The notes under the pieces: generated by a model
Databases searched by the model: none
Told to the model about the DNA's origin: nothing
Seen by the model: only the letters and a program-made list of their open reading frames with translations
Program-made: the position numbers and the translations under genes
Shown: positions 20,201-25,651 of the stretch, piece after piece
How positions within the stretch are numbered: the first letter of the stretch is position 1
How the letters are laid out: every line of letters starts with the position of its first letter
Source of the DNA: Candidatus Latescibacterota bacterium
GTDB lineage: Bacteria > Krumholzibacteriota > Krumholzibacteriia > WVZY01
Direction: 5' to 3'
Assembly: GCA_011772205.1 (NCBI GenBank)
Contig: WVZY01000057.1
Coordinates: 6,190-70,189 of the forward strand
DNA length: 64,000 nt

Positions 20201-20829
20201 TCTATGCCGGTTCCCGTATAGCTGCCCGTGTTCATCCGCATGCCGCTGCCGGCAGTGACAACCACCAGGCTGGGGCGCTGGCTTGGGAGCATCCATTCCC
20301 TGCTAAAATATTTGGACTCCGTATCGAATGACGTCGAGATGAACATCAGTCCTTCGTTGGAGTAAGTCCCCTCCACCCATTCACTCACGAGCGGTGTGAT
20401 GTCTACGGCTACTATCCCCGGTGAATTAGGAACAAAAGTCCCGTAGATAGTGGAATTGTCGTAGTCGTTGGCTGTATTGTTCCAGTTCACACCGCTTTCG
20501 GTCCAGCTGTCCGTAACGCGATAGATCGAAACGGGGCTGCCGCTGATATCCGGAGCAGATACATAGAAGAAGGCAACTGCGGTGGTGACAGTTTCACCGG
20601 CGGGAATTGGCGAGAGATCGTAACGGCAGACAACGCGGAAGCTGTCAGCGGGAGTGCTTTTATTGAATAATTCCAGGTCACTTCCGTGGTTTTCGAAAGG
20701 TGCCGCCTGCTTCAACCAGCTGTCCTGATCGAGATAGGCGGTATAAATGCCACCCTCCGCCCTCAATGGCAGCATTGTAAGAGCCGGGAAAATCAGCAGA
20801 AGCGCAATTTTTTTCGAATACATGCTCAC
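11200..20829 (-). CDS. Giant secreted surface protein (3209 aa): signal peptide, DNRLRE-like N-terminal domain, repeated about 95-aa beta modules, DUF11 repeats, long Ser/Thr-rich beta-rich region, T9SS-type C-terminal sorting domain
   Basis: Uninterrupted 9.6-kb ORF. N-terminal signal peptide. Six DUF11-like units (LTNNGPGDATGVEV..LLPAGVTY). C-terminal 85 aa match the Por_Secre_tail/FlgD-Ig-like CTD (NYPNPF...WDGRNDEGDVVNNGVYYLVL). Confidence 0.85.
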   Translation of the reverse strand: MSMYSKKIALLLIFPALTMLPLRAEGGIYTAYLDQDSWLKQAAPFENHGSDLELFNKSTPADSFRVVCRYDLSPIPAGETVTTAVAFFYVSAPDISGSPVSIYRVTDSWTESGVNWNNTANDYDNSTIYGTFVPNSPGIVAVDITPLVSEWVEGTYSNEGLMFISTSFDTESKYFSREWMLPSQRPSLVVVTAGSGMRMNTGSYTGTGIDNTPITGIGFKPDLVIIKGDNNESTITRSSSMMGDTSKALGAGTGLVGNRIQSLDPDGFTIGSDFQVNEPGIDFYWIAFKAAPNELAVGSYLGDGSDDRSIPTVGFQPDYVIVMSESPRQAIQRFPTQTGDRSIQFTPAAEEPDLIQAFEPSGFQVGSHPNVNQSSVAFHYAAWKVSPGKIAGNDYTGDGSDDRDITGVGFQPEYMLIKHDGSNYAAFHRPASLVGDFCFLIPGNSALSNSIQAFLPDGFQIGSDVAVNDNGEKFYWVAFRTAPALDLAVAKIVDNPVPSELDTVTYTVTLTNNGPGDATGVEVLDLLPAGVTYVSDTPSQGGYSSVTGRWIVGAISNGGSATLDIVATVNLGTLGTIIVNTATLIAVDQADTNSANNFDTANISVQYEDFQIVTGSYLGDGSNNHPITGLQFWPDLVIIKGDNDEPAVARTSTMVGDVSKELGTNSALLSNLITTFMPNGFRIGSGAQVNAPGVTYYWTAFLAAPGQMVVDSYVGNGTDNRSIGSVGFSPAYVIIMSEDGEDAMQRFASEPLDASLPFQSSDERTNRIQNFEPTGFQIGSHNTVNKTGIAHHCVAWNRIPGRIAENLYLGNGLDNRDITGVGLQPRYMILTRGPNGSPAVHRPSSLPGDNTLPMDPGAAFSDGIQTFLPDGFQIGALNDVNRNGDAYFYVAFRDAATLDLSIAKAVNDSIPNEGDTLAYTITVTNNGPDDATGVEVTDLLPAGVTYLADAPSQGTYASSTGLWTVGALVNSAIATLVINGTVDAGTAGSMITNVAGITASDQPDTNAINNIDTTVITVQGADLEISKIVDNPSPSVGDTLTYTIKLASLGPDTATGIEVSDLLPAGITYQSDTTSQGSYVSATGVWAVGTLASSDSATLLLTATVNPGTGASTITNIATILGADQADPDTTNNIASFDIVVQSSDLEIVKSADVTMPYEGDSLNYTVMLINNGPDTAAVIEVTDLLPQGVTYHSDTTSQGAYVSGTGIWTVGVLAGADTATLIITATVDSGTVDSMITNIASISNVDQEDPNTINNSDSVEVTVIERVILRDSPNSLYPSTANVEDPQLALRIGMDNSTNVGVMLDTASTISFTDGSKVYQARLGNPTYVPPSADDFTIAFLPSPVPTGIVAPATYDLTITFAGTDDYGKAYSDTISTAGRNSIDIDIPRIIIKAVPLSVEDVYPGTSNEAVLALEFHNQYSSSRYLDTLIVTNATIGPGGQFELDAEFDSLFLYHDVDSSRTLSAADTLVSTSFFVSGRTTFAINGGLAIPAGDTSYLFVAVTIDSFLARDGDKLDAILLSPFDVVFTDSTDVLEDFSPLYPVNSYGYLVIDGMVSHQISVTPSSLDTLSSGASDNLLLTAAFPQNGYEADTLTALSVMDVSGDFSPADFSALRLYLDDGDAVFDPGVDLPLGNMVFSGDRFEISGIKIPVGAARKFYVVADISTNANDGDHFRPAIPIEGVGVMSANDGPIDYLIAGDSTHTIKRIEQIEVANQPIPAGWPRPGAADVSILMASINNNTLQSLTLDSLSVSNMSSGAGAPAELDGEIARLKIYSDDGNGNVDAWDQLLADSLLFSGGSLVARNITKTLSAGETIHLLFACDIDSSCARDGDTLKIEIPSASSLHFDASKPIVGFFPLETPEPLVINGMLAHQIKVFPTADSLIVTEITDILVLDFSIPANGYELDTLKSIEIFNQGSANSEHFSRLALYADGGNGTFDTGSGDDSYLGDFVDMGSKTYLMPAMAVPLTMPCGQRTRFFAAADLHTTYSTSASIQFEILTSGIEVASGNDGPIDASVINPSIQLIPKPNELTVFPYSVGDKYVYPGAKNELNFGIGFYNGYSSSFNVETLKLFQTGTVVNSEIEVVHAFADIDSNGLFDPASDSLLAIGHHDNNYYTLDTLGLALSPKRITYLFVSYDAILAVRDSVSFNLQLNSSADITLSSSSIEIQGEFPINSPGVDFTDGMIAAQINTDPVPPYRAALGEDDVLALAFTIPSNGTLTDVLKSVAVQNNGTAVTGQDIIILKLWAEDGGNPLGFSSSDDRFLSILVWNGSAWQNPTGLSEAIPSSGLKCYVTFSVSNVATDESTFQARIPTNSIQVASGNDGPIDAAIVNPFEQTISTDPLLTSLHTDRSSYSMGQSIVLSMRVRNEGATPLSEISPSIISTTGSGVVNYQTGPSASSFDLPAGTDTTVIWTYVAASTGDISFCGNAFTGDSLEISEFSCSNDAQIQNRPHDIFIALNDLSPTSANRGQENVHLFELQCKHDVIDSLSATTLLDKLTLSFEDGAASPLPPNSILKSLSLINPNSGQHTFVLVDSSTNPVTLDVEPSISVLPWDDLVLDAFCQLSDSAAFTSFRIRIDQIDDIRVIDSNDSAAVTLSSQASFPWVTNDIDINAPAETLFVSAAAADTVFANVAQDNVAPLQLELLNGGDLTSASELLTRLTLSFYDTTGATIPPNAVIRKISLSTSGSVIYTTEDIPVTGNQLVCNLGSPLVLQPQSEKYIDILVDLKAFPLTDGFYLSVNDPLAIIARDFNSGQLIKVVPKSGSPGFPLLSSMMLFQTPASGVAVSHLSTLPPTLLPSMQSIPVMDIALTHSDTSSASSVELDSIAVIFSELGGTPLFPGGYFSNLRLLHNGDTLSTNSSLSSSFAIAELTLNPPLTVAPAASETLQIVLDTKSSYTPAVFEMRINKDQLVLFDSNDRSRIYEISGSFPLVTNPGALRLPSSLALCGLESKLPSNISTVQPGIPAFDLLIQNGNPEGSTDIEFRSLTVRIENIKGRILDPSQLLSGAYLSSKDSVIATGQITNSEISITIPAGLIVVTAGTTDTLFFDVDVSTQSAGENIRFVIEDSASVAVEDATTSGVMSVGTIGGTGYPLKSGTAHILGADNKEGFTNYPNPFAAGREETRITYYLDNQSYVTLELYTLWGAPVKTLLSNKLSNPGLHQDVVWDGRNDEGDVVNNGVYYLVLEIRAVGGQQSTLKRKVGVLR
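11203..11460 (-). other. Region encoding the T9SS-type C-terminal sorting domain (CTD) of the giant protein
   Basis: Last roughly 85 residues: GFTNYPNPFAAGREETRITYYL...GVYYLVLEI. Confidence 0.6.
17035..18138 (-). repeat. Four tandem DUF11 (conserved repeat domain) coding repeats inside the giant gene (aa about 898-1265)
   Basis: Divergent but clearly homologous protein repeats of roughly 120 aa: LxxxNNGPD.ATGxEVxDLLPxGxTYxSDxxSQGxY. Confidence 0.7.
19390..20223 (-). repeat. Triplet of roughly 95-aa beta-repeats (GSYxGDGSDDRxIxGxGFxPD...FxIGSxxxVNxxGxxYxxxAF), set 1. A second triplet lies at about 18145-18991, separated from set 1 by a DUF11 unit at about 19012-19380.
   Basis: Seen in the translated giant ORF, aa about 203-480 and 613-895. 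Confidence 0.55.
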
Positions 20830-21140
20830 TACTCAAGCGCACTGCCGCAAAGGCAGGAAAAAATTTCCCACTTCTCACCGTTGGCTTTTCGGGGAGCCCG
20901 ATCCCCTCCGACAGCGTCTTGCAATTTGCAATGGTTGATGATTTCCGATCGCTCCGTCTCGTAACTCAAAATGTGTCAGCAAGGTGCATGCCATCCCGGG
21001 TGGGCGTGGGAGATCGTTCCTGGGGAGTGAGAAGGCTGTCAGAATTGCACTTGGGTGGCTGATTTTACAAGCAGCTTGCGAACGCTTTGCCGTTCTGTTC
21101 GGACCTTGCACATGGCATTCCGTTTGTTTGCCAAACTGCG

Positions 21141-21183
21141 GATAAAAAACCGGCTATCGATGCTGCCATGATTCGATAGCCGG
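21141..21183 (-). terminator. Rho-independent terminator downstream of the aconitase gene (minus strand)
   Basis: Perfect 11-bp inverted repeat CCGGCTATCGA-N12-TCGATAGCCGG followed on the minus strand by TTTTTTAT. Lies 57 nt past the aconitase stop. Confidence 0.55.
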
Positions 21184-21239
21184 GCTCGAATGATCGAGGG
21201 CGCGAACAGGGGCTGATCGACTTCGGTTGTGCAGCCGTG

Positions 21240-23180
21240 TTACGACACGCCTGCTTTCGTATAATTCAGTAGTCCGCCGGCTTTGATGATATCAATCTGC
21301 CGTTCGCTGAGGTTATGCCTGCAGATGATATCGAGGCCTTTCGTTTCGTTTCGGACCGCCACGGGCTTATCCACAGCCAGGCGTTCATGCAGGCCCTCGA
21401 TTTTGAGAACGTCACCTTGGGCAATGCCGTCGTACTGAGTTGGATCGTCGAACACCAGCGGTACGATTCCAAAGTTGATGAGATTTGCCCGGTGAATTCT
21501 CGCAAACGATCTGGCAATGACGCCTCTGAGGCCGAGGTACATTGGGACGAGTGCAGCGTGCTCGCGGCTCGACCCTTGGCCATAGTTGTCGCCGCCCACG
21601 ATAAAACCGCCGCCCTTCTCCTTTGCCCGGGAGGGAAACTCAGGATCCACACCGGCATACACATACTCGGACATGGCGGGAATGTTCGATCGAAGCGGCA
21701 ATATCTTCGCGCCGGCCGGCATGATGTGGTCGGTGGTGATGTTGTCTTCGACTTTGAGAAGCACTTCGCCCGACAGATCTCCGGGGAGCGGCTTTTGGAC
21801 CGGTACCGGCTTGATGTTCGGTCCTCGGATGATCTGTATCTTTTCTGCTTCATCCGCAGCGGGAGGTGCAATGATCATCCTGTCATCGATCAGGAACTCT
21901 TCGGGGAGCTCGACGCGCTCATAATCGCCCAGTTCTCTGGGATCTGTGATCTCCCCGGTAATGGCGCTGGCCGCGCACACCTCCGGGCTGGCGAGGTACA
22001 CCTGACCGCTTGCGGTGCCGCTCCGGCCTTTGAAATTTCTGTTGAAGCTGCGGATCGATGCTCCTTCAGTAGGAGGCGCCTGGCCCATCCCGATGCACGG
22101 TCCGCAGGCCGATTCGAGAATCCGCGCACCGGCACTGATAAGATCGGCAAGGGCGCCGTTTCTCGAAGTCATCTCGAACACCTGGCGGGAACCCGGGGAA
22201 ATCGCCAGGCTCACGCGTGGGTGGACCGTTTTCTCTCTGAGAATGTTCGCCACGGCCATGAGATCGCTGAATGAGGAGTTCGTGCAGCTTCCAATGGCCA
22301 CCTGCACGACGGGAGTTCCTTTGAGTTCTGCTGCGGTACACACGTTGTCCGGGCTGTGTGGTTTTGCGATGAGGGGTACCATGTCATCCAGATTGATCTC
22401 CTCCACGTCATCGTATGCAGCATTCTCATCCGGTCCCATTTCGCGATAGGCGCTTTCTCTCCCTTGTGCTTTCAAGTAAGAGTGGGTGACGTCGTCTGAG
22501 GGAAAAATCGACGTGGTGGCGCCGAGTTCTGCCCCCATGTTGGTGATCGTCGACCTGGCGGGCACATTCAAACTCTTTATCCCGGGTCCGGTGTACTCGA
22601 CGATCTTGCCGACGCCGCCTTTTACAGTGCGTCTCCGGAGCACCTCGAGAATGATATCCTTCGCCGTCACCCATGGCGGGAGTGTGCCGGTCAAACGAAC
22701 GTTCAATATTTGCGGCATCGTCGTGACGAAAGGTCCTCCACCCATTGCAACGGCCACATCCAAGCCTCCGGCTCCGATGGCGATCATTCCCAGGCCGCCG
22801 CCTGTGGGTGTATGGCTGTCCGAGCCCAGAAGGGTCTTGCCGGGCGCGCCAAATCTTTCCAGATGCACCTGGTGGCAGATGCCGTTTCCGGGTCTTGAAA
22901 AATAGATCCCGTATTTTGCGGCGATGCTCTGGAGAAATTGGTGATCGTCTGCGTTCTCGAAACCGGTTTGGAGGGTGTTGTGATCGACGTAGCTCACTGA
23001 GAGTTCCGTCTTCACGCGGGGAATCCCCATTGCTTCGAACTGCAGATACGCCATCGTTCCTGTGGCATCCTGCGTGAGCGTTTGATCGATTCGGATCGAA
23101 ATCTCTTCGCCGGGCTCCAATTTTCCGGAAACAAGATGTTCCGACAATATCTTTCTAGCCAAATTGGTACCCATTCTCAT
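21240..23180 (-). CDS. acn: Aconitate hydratase (aconitase family, about 650-aa single-chain type)
   Basis: Aconitase-family Fe-S ligand context (GSCTNSS, CGPCIGMGQAP) and SFNRNFKGRSG. The long +-strand ORFs inside are antisense artefacts. Confidence 0.7.
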   Translation of the reverse strand: MRMGTNLARKILSEHLVSGKLEPGEEISIRIDQTLTQDATGTMAYLQFEAMGIPRVKTELSVSYVDHNTLQTGFENADDHQFLQSIAAKYGIYFSRPGNGICHQVHLERFGAPGKTLLGSDSHTPTGGGLGMIAIGAGGLDVAVAMGGGPFVTTMPQILNVRLTGTLPPWVTAKDIILEVLRRRTVKGGVGKIVEYTGPGIKSLNVPARSTITNMGAELGATTSIFPSDDVTHSYLKAQGRESAYREMGPDENAAYDDVEEINLDDMVPLIAKPHSPDNVCTAAELKGTPVVQVAIGSCTNSSFSDLMAVANILREKTVHPRVSLAISPGSRQVFEMTSRNGALADLISAGARILESACGPCIGMGQAPPTEGASIRSFNRNFKGRSGTASGQVYLASPEVCAASAITGEITDPRELGDYERVELPEEFLIDDRMIIAPPAADEAEKIQIIRGPNIKPVPVQKPLPGDLSGEVLLKVEDNITTDHIMPAGAKILPLRSNIPAMSEYVYAGVDPEFPSRAKEKGGGFIVGGDNYGQGSSREHAALVPMYLGLRGVIARSFARIHRANLINFGIVPLVFDDPTQYDGIAQGDVLKIEGLHERLAVDKPVAVRNETKGLDIICRHNLSERQIDIIKAGGLLNYTKAGVS

Positions 23181-23351
23181 TCCTCCTCAACTGTGCGTTT
23201 CCGCTTGGGTGTGTTGTGCATTCTTGTGGTTATGCGGCAAGCTTACATTGGGCAGCGAGAATCCCGGCCACGTTGTCGCTCTTCACTACTGGAGTTCCAC
23301 TGCCGGAAAGCTCTCTCTGATTTTCGGACTGAGCGGCGCTTGACGAGGCAG

Positions 23352-23978
23352 TTATCCCTTGGAGATTTTTCGGATGAGATCGTTGAATATCTCCGATGAG
23401 GCCTTTGCGATCGTCTTGTGAAGGCTGTTTCCATGGCTGTCCATGGTGACCACGGCGTCGAAGTCCTTCACCCGGATGACCCAGAACGCTTCGGGAACTC
23501 CAAACTCCTCCTTCATATAGACGTCGATCACATCGACGACCGAATTGGCAAGGAGACTCGCAGCACCTCCGACGGCGTGCAGGTAAACGGATTTGAATTT
23601 CTTGCACGCCTCCAGCGTCTGATCTCCCATTCCCCCTTTTCCGATAATCCCGCGGACGCCGAATTTCTCGATGACGTGCGATTCGTATGGTTCTTCTCTG
23701 CTACTCGTCGTGGGGCCTGCTGCGACAAAACGATATTTCCCGTTTTCCTCGGCAACGACAGGGCCGCAGTGGTAGATCATCCCGTCTTTGAGCACGGAGG
23801 AGAGCTTGTCGTAGAGGTCTTTCTCTTCGGGGGCGGGGGACCGTTCGATGAAGTGTTCGATGAGAAATTTATGCGCTGCATCGCGCGCCGTCACCATGAC
23901 CCCCGAAATCTTCACGACATCCCCCGTTTTCAGTTCCGAAATCTTTTCAGCGCTTACCGGTAATTCCAATCTAGTCAA
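23352..23978 (-). CDS. fumB: Fumarate hydratase class I (Fe-S hydro-lyase, tartrate/fumarate subfamily), beta subunit
   Basis: IYHCGPVVAEENG, GIIGKGGMG motifs. 8-nt overlap with the alpha-subunit gene. Confidence 0.8.
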   Translation of the reverse strand: MTRLELPVSAEKISELKTGDVVKISGVMVTARDAAHKFLIEHFIERSPAPEEKDLYDKLSSVLKDGMIYHCGPVVAEENGKYRFVAAGPTTSSREEPYESHVIEKFGVRGIIGKGGMGDQTLEACKKFKSVYLHAVGGAASLLANSVVDVIDVYMKEEFGVPEAFWVIRVKDFDAVVTMDSHGNSLHKTIAKASSEIFNDLIRKISKG

Positions 23979-24849
23979 TTCTCATCTCCCCGTTCTTGAT
24001 CCACATGTCCCTGCGGCGACACGCCCAGCACATGTAGGATACCGAAACAAAAAAGCAAGCGGGAAGCCTGTGGAGATAGCTACCCTTGACACCCAGTACC
24101 GTTGTTTTACCGCCGAATCCCATCGGGCCGATGGAAAGCGTATTGGCTTTTTCATAAAGACGCTCTTCGAGAGCCCTCAGTTCGGGGACCTCATTCGCCT
24201 CATCGAGTTTTTTGAAGTGCTGCTTCTTGGCTTCCGAAAGCGAGCTTGCGCGATCGCCCCCAACGCAGAATCCGATGAAACCGGGGCCACATCCGAGACC
24301 TTGGGCGTTGTTGATAGCATCCAATACAACGATCTCAATCCCTCTGAGGTCCCTGCCCGCTTTCAAGCGGCGGTCGGGTAGGGCATATTGCGTTCCGCAG
24401 TTTTCGCATCCCCCACCCTTCAGCATGAGGCGGATCCAGACATCGTCCCGGTTCCATTCTTCGAAGTGTATCCATGGCTGGGCTCTTCCGACGCCGTTGC
24501 CGCTGTTTTTGTTGGTCAATGAATCGACCGCGTTAGGCCTGAGGTAGCTTCGTTTCGTCGCTTCTTTGCAGGCCTCAACGATGTCCTCGCTCATCTCGCG
24601 AGTGGAAGGACCGGCAGGATGATAGACGTAGAATACATTGGTGCCGGTATCCTGGCACAAGGGCGTGGACTGTTCTCTCGAAATCCGAATATTCTCCTTG
24701 ATAACGTTCAGGACGTTATCGGCAGGGGATCCCGGATCTTCGGCCCCTTTCGCCACGTCGATAGCATTTTCCACGTCCACCGGGAGGTCCACAGATGTGC
24801 GGCGAATGAATTCCACAACCCATTCACAAAATTCAGGGTACGTTTTCAT
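23971..24849 (-). CDS. fumA: Fumarate hydratase class I, alpha subunit
   Basis: CQDTGTNVFYVY motif typical of the FumA/TtdA catalytic N-domain. Translationally coupled to the beta subunit. Confidence 0.8.
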   Translation of the reverse strand: MKTYPEFCEWVVEFIRRTSVDLPVDVENAIDVAKGAEDPGSPADNVLNVIKENIRISREQSTPLCQDTGTNVFYVYHPAGPSTREMSEDIVEACKEATKRSYLRPNAVDSLTNKNSGNGVGRAQPWIHFEEWNRDDVWIRLMLKGGGCENCGTQYALPDRRLKAGRDLRGIEIVVLDAINNAQGLGCGPGFIGFCVGGDRASSLSEAKKQHFKKLDEANEVPELRALEERLYEKANTLSIGPMGFGGKTTVLGVKGSYLHRLPACFFVSVSYMCWACRRRDMWIKNGEMRID

Positions 24850-25151
24850 AATGGTTTGATCCTCACATCACTAGCAGTTGGAACTGCAGCAGAAAAAACT
24901 CATTGCAGGATTTGTTCAAGATGCCTCCCATCCTACCATCGAGCTTCGCGCATGTCAAGAACGGTGGCAGCCTTCATGATCGTGGCCTGTGTTGCGGACA
25001 ACCGCCGGGGTGAGGTGGCTCATACCATCCAAATCCATGAGCTAGTTCACGTATCTGCTAGAGGTACAACCACTAGAATATCGATGAAAATAAAGATAGT
25101 TCTCGCTATACTGGCTTTGATATTTGGTCCGAGTTACAGCGGGAGGATCCA

Positions 25152-25628
25152 ATGCAGAGCACGATCCGGTTCGCAGTAGACGGCATGCTGGGCAGGCTCG
25201 CGAAGTATCTGCGCGCACTTGGATACGACACCGTCCATCGTCGAACGCCGAGTGCAGAATTTCTGAGAGAAGCAAGGAGAGAAGGGAGGGTATTCATCAC
25301 TCTCCGGAAAAACATACGGGAAAAGCATGGCTGCAAGGTATTCGATCCGGGTGAGGCACCCGTGGAGGCGCAGCTCTACAGAGTCGTACACGGTCTGAAT
25401 CTCGAACCGAGCAGGGATCAAATACTCACGATCTGCCTCGGCTGCAATGAGCCAACACTTGAAGTTTCCGTCGAGGAGGTCGCTGCCAAGGTGCCGGAGA
25501 GGGTGAGAGAAAAGATCTCGGATTATCGGATCTGTCCGAAGTGCGGCAAAATCTTCTGGTGGGGGAGCCATGCGGATCGTATGATGAATGTAATCGAAAA
25601 AAGCGGTGTGTTCGAATCCGCCGAGTGA
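25152..25628 (+). CDS. Mut7-C RNase domain protein (PIN-like, PF01927)
   Basis: RFAVDGMLGRLAKYLRALGYDT N-terminal motif and C-terminal CxxC...CPKCG zinc ribbon. Confidence 0.7.
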   Translation: MQSTIRFAVDGMLGRLAKYLRALGYDTVHRRTPSAEFLREARREGRVFITLRKNIREKHGCKVFDPGEAPVEAQLYRVVHGLNLEPSRDQILTICLGCNEPTLEVSVEEVAAKVPERVREKISDYRICPKCGKIFWWGSHADRMMNVIEKSGVFESAE

Positions 25629-25651
25629 TTTTTATCGAGGAGAGAAGGTTG

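Noticed and set aside
20830-21239. Possible small gene in the 410-nt spacer upstream of the giant gene (ORFs 20686..20964, 20875..21111)
   Set aside because: Low-complexity Arg/Cys-rich translations with no RBS. The spacer better explained as the aconitase terminator plus the giant-gene promoter.
21315-22274. Long +-strand ORFs (319 aa, 144 aa, 139 aa) inside the aconitase gene
   Set aside because: They are antisense to a well-supported aconitase CDS in a high-GC stretch. Arg/Pro/Gly-rich low-complexity translations are typical of shadow ORFs.
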